Below are positions 1 to 9,753 of a DNA stretch of 40,757 nucleotides, one piece after another. How positions within the stretch are numbered: position 1 is the first letter of the stretch; every line of letters starts with the position of its first letter. This DNA comes from Methanobacteriaceae archaeon. GTDB taxonomy: Archaea > Methanobacteriota > Methanobacteria > Methanobacteriales > Methanobacteriaceae. The stretch lies in contig PWMT01000071.1 in the NCBI GenBank assembly GCA_003558085.1, positions 1 to 40,757 on the forward strand. Direction: 5' to 3'. The notes under the pieces are model-generated. The model was not told where the DNA came from. It searched no databases and saw only the letters and a program-made list of their open reading frames with translations. The position numbers were made by a program, and so were the translations under genes.

Positions 1-2
1 AG

Positions 3-890
3 GAGATATTTGGAGTAGATAATGTGGTGGCAGTGACTGATCCAGTTTACCCCGTCTATGTGGAAACCAATGTCATGGCAGGTAGAACCGGTGCTATGAA
101 TGAGGAAGGGTGTTATGATAAACTGGTTTATCTACCCTGCACTGCTGAAAATCAATTTGTTCCAGAACTACCCTCACAGCCAGTTGACTTGATCTATCTA
201 TGTTTCCCTAATAATCCCACCGGAACAGTTCTCAACCGAGAAGAACTAACTAAATGGGTAGATTATGCCCTAGAAAATAGATCAATTATACTTTTTGATG
301 CTGCATATGAGGCTTATATCCGGGAGGATAACATACCTCATAGTATATATGAAATAGACGGTGCTAAAGAAGTAGCCATAGAATTTAGAAGTTTTTCCAA
401 AAATGCAGGATTTACTGGTACACGCTGTGCTTACACCGTGGTACCTAAACAAGTCAAGGCTTACGATAAGAAGGGAAATCCTCAGTCTTTAAATCCTTTA
501 TGGCATCGGCGCCAGACCACCAAATTTAATGGAGTATCTTATCCCATTCAAAGAGCAGCGGCAGCAGTTTATACTCGACAGGGTCAAAAGGAAATCAAAG
601 AATATATTGAATATTATATGGAAAATGCTCGTATTATCCGCGAAAGCTTAGAAAAAATAGGATTAAATATTTACGGTGGAGTTAATTCACCCTATATCTG
701 GATCAAAACCCCTGAGGATATGGACTCCTGGCAGTTTTTCGACCTACTTTTAAAGGAAGCAAATGTGGTGGGAACTCCTGGATCTGGATTTGGACATAGT
801 GGTGAAGGTTATTTTAGATTAACAGCCTTTAACACATTAGAGAATACTAAAAAAGGTTTAGAAAGAATTTCTAAGCTATCCTTTGAATAG
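3..890 (+). CDS. dapL: LL-diaminopimelate aminotransferase (5' partial, frame open to window edge)
   Basis: Class I PLP aminotransferase motifs [45 protein letters not shown] typical of DapL; frame continues upstream of the GTG at 24. Confidence 0.92.
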   Translation, partial: EIFGVDNVVAVTDPVYPVYVETNVMAGRTGAMNEEGCYDKLVYLPCTAENQFVPELPSQPVDLIYLCFPNNPTGTVLNREELTKWVDYALENRSIILFDAAYEAYIREDNIPHSIYEIDGAKEVAIEFRSFSKNAGFTGTRCAYTVVPKQVKAYDKKGNPQSLNPLWHRRQTTKFNGVSYPIQRAAAAVYTRQGQKEIKEYIEYYMENARIIRESLEKIGLNIYGGVNSPYIWIKTPEDMDSWQFFDLLLKEANVVGTPGSGFGHSGEGYFRLTAFNTLENTKKGLERISKLSFE

Positions 891-1227
891 TTGATCTTTA
901 AATAGTCACAAAATCTCTTTAGATACTTTTTTTCTATCTGTCTCTTTTATTTAGTTAATAAATTAAAATATTGAGATTTAGATTTATCTAATCAAATGAT
1001 AACATTTTTTTTTTTAAGATTCAAATTCACATGTAAAACAAATTAGCTAAAAGAAGTATTAGTAAGAAGGCCAACCTATACCAAATAAAACATCTGATAT
1101 ATCAATTTTTCATGGGCTAATAAATTCAAATAACTTAACTTCGCAATTGTTTTGCTATATTGGGCATAGATCCAGGTAAAACTAGCATAAATTAAAAATA
1201 AAAAAAAATAAGTAATTTTTAAAATAT

Positions 1228-1977
1228 TTAGGTGGCAGTTTCAGTACTCATATAAATGTATAATGCTGCAGCTAGCACTGCTCCTACAATGGGGCCGATA
1301 ATATAGATAGGGAAAAGTTCCCATAAATTCTCTCCACCCAACACAAATACTCCTAAATAGGGGCCGAAAGTACGGGCTGGATTTATAGATGCACCGGTAA
1401 TGTTTCCTATAGTGGTGATAATTCCTGCAACAGTTAGACCAATAATGAGACCAGCAAATCCAGGAGTAGCTTTTCTATCAATAGCCACTCCCATGATGGC
1501 AATCATTAATAGGAAAGTACCTATACTTTCAACCAATATGGCCTGCAAATACCCTATTCCAGGAAATGGTGCAGTGGCTCCTAAACCACCAATTGTAACC
1601 GCATCCATTCCCACTGAAGCGGCAAATAAAAAACTGGCCACCCCAGCACCAGCTAATTGGGCTAAAATATAAGGAATAACATCCCTTGAGGGGAATTTTT
1701 TAATAGCCCATAGGGCTATGGTAACTGCTGGATTAATATGGGCACCTGAAACTCGTCCGAAAGCATAGATAGAGGCGGTTATCGCGAAACCGAATGCTAA
1801 ACCTATTGCTAACCAGTCACCTAGCCCGCCTAGTATTCCGATACCAATATTAAATTCTGTGGTGGTGGCCTGACCTGCACTGATCATCAAGGTGATAGCT
1901 GCTGCACCGGCACCAAAAAAGACCAGCATGAAAGTTCCCAGGAATTCGGCTAACATTTTTTTGGTAAGAGAAACCAT
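1228..1977 (-). CDS. aqpM: MIP-family channel, AqpM-type aquaporin
   Basis: AEFLGTF helix 1, two NPA motifs (HINPAVT, SINPARTF), six hydrophobic helices; F/I/S/R filter pattern resembles archaeal AqpM. Confidence 0.9.
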   Translation of the reverse strand: MVSLTKKMLAEFLGTFMLVFFGAGAAAITLMISAGQATTTEFNIGIGILGGLGDWLAIGLAFGFAITASIYAFGRVSGAHINPAVTIALWAIKKFPSRDVIPYILAQLAGAGVASFLFAASVGMDAVTIGGLGATAPFPGIGYLQAILVESIGTFLLMIAIMGVAIDRKATPGFAGLIIGLTVAGIITTIGNITGASINPARTFGPYLGVFVLGGENLWELFPIYIIGPIVGAVLAAALYIYMSTETAT

Positions 1978-1982
1978 TTTAA

Positions 1983-2189
1983 TTACTCCTTCAATCCTTC
2001 ATAACAGGGCGGACATAAAATTCGAGGTATAGTTTTCTCTAATTTCTCAGAAGGGAATGGATATCCTCCTTCCCATATATCCACTTCTTCTCGTATAGCA
2101 TGATCCATACAAAGACCCATACCACACACTATGCAGACAGCTACCGCTTCACTATCTTTACCCATCTGGGCACATATATAACATTTCAT
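1983..2189 (-). CDS. DUF2180-like small Cys-rich putative zinc-binding protein
   Basis: CYIC, CIVC, CMDH, CPPC motifs in 68 aa; GGGAGG RBS; 5 bp from the aquaporin start. Confidence 0.75.
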   Translation of the reverse strand: MKCYICAQMGKDSEAVAVCIVCGMGLCMDHAIREEVDIWEGGYPFPSEKLEKTIPRILCPPCYEGLKE

Positions 2190-2227
2190 CCTCTAACCTC
2201 CCAAAAAAAATATAAGATAAAGTAGAT

Positions 2228-3727
2228 TTATACTGCTTCTCTCCACTGACAGTGATTGTGTCGGAAATCTACTAAAACAGCAGATGCGCAATTTTTACAA
2301 GTCCGGGCAGGTGATGCTGCACTTTCCTTGTGTAGAGCAATGATATTAGTCATTAAAGTAGCGGTAACTGGCTCACTTGTTAAAAGACAGGGGTAATCTG
2401 ATAGGCGCATCAGGGAAGAATAACGGACTGTGATGGCACAGGCAGGATAAGTGTAGCGTTGCGGATTCATAATTACCTCATTTTCATGTATAGGATTTAG
2501 ATCAACTTTAAATCCACTTACACTTGGTTCTAGAGGTGTATCTAATCCGTTTCTCATTCTTCTGGCTTCGTCTAAATATTTCCAACCTCGGTAAACCATG
2601 TCCATAAAGTCACTGTTATGCAGTTCGGCAGCTGCTCCCCGGGTAGGGTATAATTGCACGTAGTTGTGGAATCTTTTGGTAAGCAAATCCACAACCATAG
2701 GAGCATTGAATCCATCTAATTCAAGCATATACTCCACAGCACACGCAGATGAACCTGTAGCTAAAGTTAAAACCTCATATTCGCTTTTAAATTTATTCAC
2801 AGCATCATTTAATGTTTTTTCCATAACAGCGGTGGTTGCTTCAATGATAGCCATGATAACATCATCTTTACACATATTATAAGTGGATTGAGCTATGTGG
2901 TGGGAAATGTCTCCTACACAGTAGGCTGGTACAGTTAATATGTTACCATAGTGTACTTCATCGGAGATAGCTGCTTGCACGGTTTTTTCCATTTTATCGC
3001 GGTAGTTGCTCATGTATTTTCTTACATCAAAGGAACTATGCCCTACAGAATCCATAAGTTCAGCCTGGGCGGTAACCGGTTCCTGATATATTTTTTTAAT
3101 CATGGCTACCTCTTTTTCAACAGCTTGACTTACAGTGGCACCATTTTCAATTTCATTTGCAAAGACTTCCCCTATTCCATAAGAAGTGTTCATACCCCAT
3201 GATTTAGCAGCTAAAATAGCTTGTTGATGCATTTCTGGGATATCCGTTTCTCTTAGTATTCGGTTTACAGTGTTACTGGTACTACCTGGCATTAAGGCAA
3301 AATCAACTACACATGTTGGACCATAGAATCCCCCGTATCTACGCACAGAGTCTCGTCCAATTAAAGCTTCTGCTTTTCCAATAGCATCTATAAAGGTATC
3401 CAAACTTTTTTCAAAAGAAGGATCTTCATCACATAATATTTCTAAAATTACAGGGGTCTGGTAATGTTCTACAAAAGGATCGTCTTCTGGTCGGATAGTG
3501 TCAGTTAAACTGTCTAAAATAGTATAGTGGGATTTAACTGAATTCACATGAAGATCAATAACTGACTGGCTTTGTTCCCCCACAGCCTCCATTCCCTGCA
3601 CCACATCATAATATGACTTAGTGTCCTTTATTTTAAAATCAGAACCTCTATTATTCTTTATTGTCTCAACATCTGCTTTTTGAGCCAACATGGCTTCTTT
3701 TATCATTTTTTCATATAGTTCAGACAT
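2228..3727 (-). CDS. DUF2193-like conserved methanogen protein with C-terminal Cys cluster
   Basis: 499 aa; recognised family segments (RRYGGFYGPTCVVDFALMPGSTSN, NPQRYTYPACAITVR); C-terminal CKNC...HNHC; AGGTGA RBS. Confidence 0.75.
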   Translation of the reverse strand: MSELYEKMIKEAMLAQKADVETIKNNRGSDFKIKDTKSYYDVVQGMEAVGEQSQSVIDLHVNSVKSHYTILDSLTDTIRPEDDPFVEHYQTPVILEILCDEDPSFEKSLDTFIDAIGKAEALIGRDSVRRYGGFYGPTCVVDFALMPGSTSNTVNRILRETDIPEMHQQAILAAKSWGMNTSYGIGEVFANEIENGATVSQAVEKEVAMIKKIYQEPVTAQAELMDSVGHSSFDVRKYMSNYRDKMEKTVQAAISDEVHYGNILTVPAYCVGDISHHIAQSTYNMCKDDVIMAIIEATTAVMEKTLNDAVNKFKSEYEVLTLATGSSACAVEYMLELDGFNAPMVVDLLTKRFHNYVQLYPTRGAAAELHNSDFMDMVYRGWKYLDEARRMRNGLDTPLEPSVSGFKVDLNPIHENEVIMNPQRYTYPACAITVRYSSLMRLSDYPCLLTSEPVTATLMTNIIALHKESAASPARTCKNCASAVLVDFRHNHCQWREAV

Positions 3728-3900
3728 TTAATCACCTAAATTTATATTTTTTTTGGGCCAGTTATTTGACCTTACTAATCTACAGATATATATTGTATTT
3801 TGAAATATAAATAATTTTAAATAGAGCCCCTTAATATGATTTTAGGGAGAGTTAGGGGTGTATAAAATCTTATAAAAAATTTTTAGAATTTTAGATATAA

Positions 3901-3997
3901 TTATACTAATAAAATTAAATAAAAAGTTAAGTTTATACTATTAAAATTTAAACTAAAAGTTAAGTTTATAATAAAATTAAAATAAAAAAAGTTAAGG
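3901..3997. repeat. Three imperfect tandem copies of a ~32 bp AT-rich unit
   Basis: Units TTATA..TAAAATT..AAAAGTTAAG start at 3901, 3933, 3966; T-rich on the minus strand downstream of ectC. Confidence 0.6.
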
Positions 3998-4038
3998 CAG
4001 GATTTAATTTTTAAAGATACTTAGAATGCAGAGGATTA

Positions 4039-4434
4039 TTATTTTTCAGGGGGCTTATAAGCACCATCCTCATCATGTATCTCATCACCTACTAAGGGCG
4101 GGTTGAATACACAGAGTAACCTTAAATCTTGATCATAGGCTCGGAGATAATGACGGTCATGTTTATCTAATGCATACATAGTACCTGGTTTTATGGGATA
4201 AATTTTTCCATCTTTTGTGGTTTCTATTTCTCCTTCCCCCTCCACACAGTATACTGCTTCTAAATGATATTTGTACCAAATTAAGGTTTCGGTATTGGCA
4301 AAGATAATGGTTTCATGTAAAGAAAAGCCCATGTTCTCTTCTTGTGTTAGAAAACGCTTGCTGACCCAGTTATTATTTTCAGCGAAAACTTCACGGTCTG
4401 TTCCTTCAATATCATTTATTGTTCGCACTATCAT
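4039..4434 (-). CDS. ectC: L-ectoine synthase
   Basis: MIVRT start, MGFSLHET, WYKYHLEAVYCVEGEGE, PGTMYALDKHDRHYLRA, CVFNPPLVGDEIHDEDGAY. Confidence 0.96.
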   Translation of the reverse strand: MIVRTINDIEGTDREVFAENNNWVSKRFLTQEENMGFSLHETIIFANTETLIWYKYHLEAVYCVEGEGEIETTKDGKIYPIKPGTMYALDKHDRHYLRAYDQDLRLLCVFNPPLVGDEIHDEDGAYKPPEK

Positions 4435-5707
4435 TATTTAAACCTTCAATCATTGCTTCTCTTTTTTCCTGCACAGCTTCGATGGAATCTTCTATGATCT
4501 GCAGACCATCCTCTAAAATTTCATTTTCGGTGGTTAGCGGAGGTAATAATTTAAGTACATCATCTTCTGCTCCAGCTAGTTCAATGAGTAAACCTCTGGA
4601 AAATGCTTCTTCGGATACATCACTGCAAAATCCTCGATAAGGTATTTTAAGTCCGTTTATTAAACCTTTACCACGTACCTCAGATTCTAGGGAAGTAAAT
4701 TTCTCAGAAATTTCCATTAATCTGTTTTCAACCAGTTGTGATTTGTTCTGCACCGCCTCCGATAAGTTATCGTTTTCCCAGTAACTTAAAAGTTCTCGGG
4801 ATGCTACAAAGGCCAGATTATTTCCCCGAAATGTACCGGTGTGTTCTCCTGGTTTCCACTGATCTAATTCCCCTTTAAGTAAAACCATGGATAGGGGTAA
4901 ACCTCCTCCGATTGATTTAGAAAGGGTGATCACATCAGGATTAATACCAGAGCTTTCAAAACTGAAGAAAGTTCCAGTTCGACCATTCCCTACCTGTATG
5001 TCATCTACTACCAAGAGTATGTCAAAATCCCGGCAAATCTGTTCGATATCCTGTAACCATTTATCACTGGCTACGTTAATACCTCCTTCAGCCTGAATAC
5101 ATTCCAATATTATAGCTGCAGGTAAGTCCACTCCACTACTTTGATCTTCTAAAAAAGTTCTAAGATATTCAGCAGTGTTTACTTCTTCTCCTAAGTAGCC
5201 ATCAAAAGGCACGAAACTTACATTAGAACGATTTATGAAAGCTTCATCCCGATAGAATGAATTAGCAGTTACCGCCATGGAGCCCATAGTTAATCCATGA
5301 AAAGCATTAGTAAAAGCAATAACATTGGATCTTCCTTTAACCATTCTCACCAATTTTAAGGCAGATTCTACGGCATTGGTACCAGTAGGTCCAGTGAATT
5401 GAATTTTGTATTCCATGTGCCGGGGCTGGAGAATGGTTTCATAGAATTTTTCCAGAAATAATTTTTTAGCTTTGGTGGCCTTATCCAGACCATGGACTAT
5501 ACCATCATTTTTTATGTATTCTATAAGTGCTTTGGATACTAGAGGATTATTATGTCCATAATTTAAGGTTCCTGCACCGGCAAAAAAATCAATATATTCG
5601 TTGTCTTGTTCATCACATAGAATAGATCCCTTAGCCTTATCAAAAATTGCGGGGAAACTTCTAACGTAACTGCGTACTTGAGATTCATGTTCTTTAAAGG
5701 TTTTCAT
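4412..5707 (-). CDS. ectB: Diaminobutyrate--2-oxoglutarate transaminase
   Basis: ESQVRSYVRSFP, DFFAGAGTLNYGHNN, GPTGTNAVESALK, DDIQVGNGRTG, WKPGEHTGTFRGNN; 23 bp overlap with ectC. Confidence 0.95.
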   Translation of the reverse strand: MKTFKEHESQVRSYVRSFPAIFDKAKGSILCDEQDNEYIDFFAGAGTLNYGHNNPLVSKALIEYIKNDGIVHGLDKATKAKKLFLEKFYETILQPRHMEYKIQFTGPTGTNAVESALKLVRMVKGRSNVIAFTNAFHGLTMGSMAVTANSFYRDEAFINRSNVSFVPFDGYLGEEVNTAEYLRTFLEDQSSGVDLPAAIILECIQAEGGINVASDKWLQDIEQICRDFDILLVVDDIQVGNGRTGTFFSFESSGINPDVITLSKSIGGGLPLSMVLLKGELDQWKPGEHTGTFRGNNLAFVASRELLSYWENDNLSEAVQNKSQLVENRLMEISEKFTSLESEVRGKGLINGLKIPYRGFCSDVSEEAFSRGLLIELAGAEDDVLKLLPPLTTENEILEDGLQIIEDSIEAVQEKREAMIEGLNNDSANNK

Positions 5708-5726
5708 CTAATCACTCATATTATAA

Positions 5727-5759
5727 ACAACGGTGTAGGGGAAACCCTGCACCGGTTGT
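5727..5759. other. GC-rich intergenic hairpin between ectA and ectB
   Basis: ACAACGGTGTAGGG-GAAA-CCCTGCACCGGTTGT, 14 pairs with one bulge. Confidence 0.65.
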
Positions 5760-5777
5760 GAATTTCATTTAATATAA

Positions 5778-6287
5778 TTAATCAATCTTTAATTTTCTAA
5801 GGGGCCCTATACGGATCAATAGTTCTTCTTCATGATCAGTATCACCAAATAGGTCACTAGTTAAAAACTCTGATTCTTTCAGGTTCGCATCATATTGGGT
5901 GGCTAGTTTGTTAAATAGAGACATGGATGCATTATTGGATGGTGTTATAGTAGTTTCTAAGAATCTTATAGTTTTAAGTTTTTCCCTTTCAATTATATCT
6001 TGTAATAATTGCATGGCTAATCCTTTACCCTGCATGGATGCATCTACTGCTACCTGCCAGATAAAAAGAACGTCCTTTTGATGGGGTTTTATGTAAGCTG
6101 ATACATACCCCACAATCTTTTTATCAAATTCAGCCACTACACTGGTGTTATCAAAATGAGCACATATAAGTAAATAACTATATAATGAATTAACATCCAG
6201 AGGAGGTGAATTTAATACTAACTGGTAGATACCATAGCCATCATCTAATTTTGGTTTCCTGATATTAATCGAATTATTTTTCATCAT
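5778..6287 (-). CDS. ectA: Diaminobutyrate acetyltransferase
   Basis: PPLDVNSLYSYLL, LFIWQVAV, GKGLA, LETTITPSNNAS..LF, HEEE.L.RIGP. Confidence 0.94.
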   Translation of the reverse strand: MMKNNSINIRKPKLDDGYGIYQLVLNSPPLDVNSLYSYLLICAHFDNTSVVAEFDKKIVGYVSAYIKPHQKDVLFIWQVAVDASMQGKGLAMQLLQDIIEREKLKTIRFLETTITPSNNASMSLFNKLATQYDANLKESEFLTSDLFGDTDHEEELLIRIGPLRKLKID

Positions 6288-6765
6288 AGTTGGGACCTGT
6301 ATATATTTTGATTTTTCTTTTATAAAAACAATTCGTTAGAAAATAGGCTTTATTATTGCTTTAAATAAATATATAGACTTCAATTAGCCTTATTTATATA
6401 TCTTTCTATAAATAATATTTTATATCATAATTTTATTAACAAAAAGGAGTATATTAACTTAAATTGGAGTCCTAAACATAAAATCAGAAAAATATAATTT
6501 TTACGTGAAATGATATTATTAAATAATTTATATAAGCTATTACGTAGATAACTCATAAAAAGTAATTGAAACTATTTAAATATTAAAATCAAGGTTAAAA
6601 GCATTAAAAGATGTCTAAAAGATATTATTAGCTACTTAAAATAATAATCTATTTATAAGCTATTAATATAATTTTTAGTAGGAATTTTAACTATCTTTTT
6701 TTAGTAGAGATTAAATTTAACTGAAGAGTATATCCATTAAAATAATATTTTGGAGGACCATAGAA

Positions 6766-7227
6766 GTGAAATGGCAGAATATTTTAGTTATATTATTTAT
6801 TGCAGGATTAGTTTTTATTGCAGGATGTGTTGGTCCACAATCAGTAACTATAGAGGAACTAGAGGAAAATCCAAACCAATACCTGGATAAAACAGTAACC
6901 CTGGAAGTAAGGGTGGCCTTGGCTGATACACAATATCACCAATTCTATCCTCAAGTTCCAGAAGGCGCGGTACAGGGTACACATCTATGGTTATATAATC
7001 CTGAATATGGAACTAGTTTCAATACAGTGGAAAGAACAAATGAAGTTTCTGCCTGGTATAAGGGGAATTTAACTGAAGATCCACTTAACGACCTTAGTGG
7101 TAAAGAGGTCAAGATCATTGGAGAATTTATAAGAAATCCAATTATCCAATCCCAAGACCAGTACTGGAAATACTGGCCAGCTGCAGAGTTGGTTATTCTA
7201 ATTGAAGAATTGGAGATCATAGCTTAA
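6766..7227 (+). CDS. Hypothetical lipoprotein (possible OB-fold)
   Basis: GGAGG RBS; signal peptide ending IAGC; 'VTIEELEENPNQYLDKTVTL' and 'GKEVKIIGEF' are OB-fold-like. Confidence 0.7.
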   Translation: MKWQNILVILFIAGLVFIAGCVGPQSVTIEELEENPNQYLDKTVTLEVRVALADTQYHQFYPQVPEGAVQGTHLWLYNPEYGTSFNTVERTNEVSAWYKGNLTEDPLNDLSGKEVKIIGEFIRNPIIQSQDQYWKYWPAAELVILIEELEIIA

Positions 7228-7607
7228 AAAAAAATATATTCTCTAATAAAATTAGACCTATATTTTTATAATTTTTCAAAAAAAAAGGTTATAACATGAT
7301 CAACTTTTATATTTAAACTTCAAATTAATTTTAGCTTAAGTAATTAAATAAAAGCAATATTTATTTGTTGTTTCATAGCCAAAAAATCTTTAATCATCAC
7401 TATTAAAGGCACGCTGGTGTTAATATAGTTTAGTTTTCTTTTAAAATTAATATCGAATTTGAAAAATAGACTCTACAACTTAATATATGATTATCACCGT
7501 ATAGTATTTGAACTTAATAATTTTTTAAAGCTGATATTTATATTAAAGCTTACAATTCTCAATTTAAAAAACTAGAATATTTAATTTTTGCTTTTATTAA
7601 TTTATTT

Positions 7608-7720
7608 GAGGTCGGGATTTCGGCCTTTTTGTTTATAAAAATTTTTTAGGCTGTTTTCTATTTATAATTCCGCTTTTTTCCCGACCTCTTTGGAGGAGAT
7701 AAAATATCGCTTTATCTCAT
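7608..7720 (-). ncRNA. Candidate structured small RNA (AUCUCCUCCAAA motif family)
   Basis: 8 bp hairpin 7696-7718, TTTGGAGGAGAT at 7689-7700, perfect 10 bp stem 7608-7617/7679-7688; BRE/TATA-like CGATATATTTATTAA ~25 nt upstream on the minus strand; no ORF. Confidence 0.5.
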
Positions 7721-7885
7721 TTAATATATATTGTAACTATTGATTAATAAATATATCGCTAAAAGTGTTAATAATCAAGTACACAAAATTATTACACAAA
7801 AAGTGAAATAAAATGGAAATAATGTGAATTTTTTCTTTTAAAAAAAAATAGGTTTTAGTTAATAAAACCAAACAAACTAATAAGT

Positions 7886-8189
7886 TTATTCCACTGGTAT
7901 GGGTCTTGCTTTTTTAATTTCTACAATCGGTGCTTTAATAGTTAAAATTTTATTCTCAAAAGATGGCTTTACTTCTTTCATCGTCAACATCATCTGCCAG
8001 CACCCAGCATCGACTAAAAGAAATGTCTTCTCTAGGAGCTCTAAAAAATATGGTATTTTCTGCTATTTTAATTTCAATATATTCTTTTTTGACTCCTGGA
8101 ATCTCAGATATCAGTATATAATCTTCATTAGTATGATAAAAATTAGCAGCAGGAGCTACTACTATTTTACGGGCTCTTTTCTCAACCAT
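7886..8189 (-). pseudogene. Small Hsp20/alpha-crystallin protein with a +1 frameshift
   Basis: EIPGVKKEYIEI motif; removing one base from the run at 7958-7961 restores FENKILTIKAP...RPIPVE*, the canonical beta-9 strand and IxI/V tail. Confidence 0.8.
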
Positions 8190-8465
8190 AAATACACCAC
8201 CATCTTTTTAATATGTTATTATACATGTTCAAAAAATATATTCAAATATTTCTCTAATACCTTATTTTAAAAAAATAACAGTTATTAAAGTTTAATTTTA
8301 TCTAAATTTAGCATAAAGTCTATATAAAAATTTTAGAATGCCTCAAATCTGTTTAAAATAAAAATAGAATTATCTTAAATAAACTAAGAGGTAATCTTAA
8401 AAATAAAATTTTAAAACTAATAAAATTTAATAACTAAAAATTAACTTACATTTCCCATCACAGGA

Positions 8466-8696
8466 TTATTCCTTTTCCACCCAGTTTCCGGATTCATCTT
8501 TAGTATAAGTTTGTTTTACAGCAGACCATGCCACTTTATGGGATACTTCTTCCTGTGATTGATTACCTCTACGTTTATCAGGATCTTTATATTGTTCCCA
8601 AGCATTATTAAATGCTTTTAAATATATTTCTTGGGCAGGTTTAGGTAAATTTTTTTTAATTTGCTCTGGTAACTCTTTTAAATTATTATATGGCAA
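8466..8696 (-). CDS. chaB: ChaB family protein
   Basis: (M)PY...LP..AQEIY.KAFNNAWEQY...AWSAVK..Y.K...W; TTG start at 8696 after GGGGTGA gives the typical MPY N-terminus. Confidence 0.88.
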   Translation of the reverse strand: MPYNNLKELPEQIKKNLPKPAQEIYLKAFNNAWEQYKDPDKRRGNQSQEEVSHKVAWSAVKQTYTKDESGNWVEKE

Positions 8697-8932
8697 GTTG
8701 ATCACCCCTCTTAAATCTTTAAATGTATAATAATTTATCTTTTTATAACTATTTTAAATCTCCAATTATCATTTTTTTATCTAAACCATTTTATTTTCAA
8801 CCTAAATATGCTTAGTTTCCCGAGAAGATTAATGATCACCATCACCGCTTAGCTAAAAATTTATCTACTTTTTTCAACAAACAATATATCATAGCCTATC
8901 ACAGTGAATTAGATTAAAGGGAGGAAATTTTA

Positions 8933-9097
8933 ATGTATCAAATAGATTATGTAGAATATGAAGGAACCCATCAGAATTTTGTAGAGACCATCAATGAATT
9001 AGCTAGAGGCGGATGGAGACCAGTATGGACTACTCTAAAAGTGCATAAAACAGCAGATGAAATATTGTTCGCCTTATTTATCGAAAAAATTGAATAA
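8933..9097 (+). CDS. Small hypothetical protein, 54 aa (absent from ORF track)
   Basis: GGGAGG RBS then MYQIDYVEYEGTHQNFVETINELARGGWRPVWTTLKVHKTADEILFALFIEKIE; 'INELARGGWRPV' resembles DUF4177-type motifs. Confidence 0.7.
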   Translation: MYQIDYVEYEGTHQNFVETINELARGGWRPVWTTLKVHKTADEILFALFIEKIE

Positions 9098-9108
9098 AAA
9101 GTGAAACA

Positions 9109-9285
9109 ATGAAAGCTAAAGCTTTTCTAGAAAAACTGAATACCTTTTTAGATGAGTCTGAAGAAAAAGCAGAATTAGAAGAATTAGAATTAGTATTTGT
9201 AACCCCAGAAAATATCTACTGGAAATTAGACGATATAAAAATAATTGAAGATAAAATGGCCTTTATACTCATTGAAGGAGAATAA
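9109..9285 (+). CDS. Small acidic hypothetical protein, 58 aa (absent from ORF track)
   Basis: 11 bp after the previous stop, AAGTGA RBS-like site; MKAKAFLEKLNTFLDES...FILIEGE*. Confidence 0.65.
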   Translation: MKAKAFLEKLNTFLDESEEKAELEELELVFVTPENIYWKLDDIKIIEDKMAFILIEGE

Positions 9286-9443
9286 ATTAAAAAGACTAGC
9301 TAAATTAAAATATTAGCTACAAGAATAACAACAGAAAATCTTTGAATTGGAATTTAAATTTCTAATATGCTATTAAGGTAATCAACTATAATATTAATAG
9401 TTTAACTTAAAAAACAGGTTATATTATAGTGGAGGGTGAGAAT

Positions 9444-9695
9444 ATGGCTACTGATTTGAGACTATCTGATTATTTAACTAAAAATGAGTTAAAATGGGTA
9501 GCACTTCGTTTAAATACCGTGGGTAAAGGCGAACTAAGCCAAAAAGTTAAAGAATATCTAAAACTTCAAGAAGATGACTTTGAAGGAGCATATCTAAGAG
9601 AACTGGAAAAAGAAGACATCGAGGTTAAACAGATAATAGGATTATCTAAAAAATATAATTTAATCCCGCCTCAGGAAAAGGAGCAAAAAGATTAA
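9444..9695 (+). CDS. Hypothetical protein
   Basis: GAGGGTGA RBS favours ATG at 9444; charged helical sequence. Confidence 0.65.
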   Translation: MATDLRLSDYLTKNELKWVALRLNTVGKGELSQKVKEYLKLQEDDFEGAYLRELEKEDIEVKQIIGLSKKYNLIPPQEKEQKD

Positions 9696-9753
9696 AAAAA
9701 CAGTTTTTGTATATTAATTATCTTTTAGGACATAGCAGAATTAGAGAAAAAAT

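Noticed and set aside
1400-6081. Plus-strand ORFs at 1400, 2664, 2951, 4419, 4887 and 5899
   Set aside because: Antisense shadows of aqpM, DUF2193 and ect genes
7608-7700. Hammerhead ribozyme or known riboswitch
   Set aside because: Has GAAA next to a stem but no CUGANGA core and no aptamer consensus I recognise
6951-8270. ORFs 6951-7220 (-) and 7899-8270 (+)
   Set aside because: Antisense to the lipoprotein and hsp20 genes; no RBS or motifs
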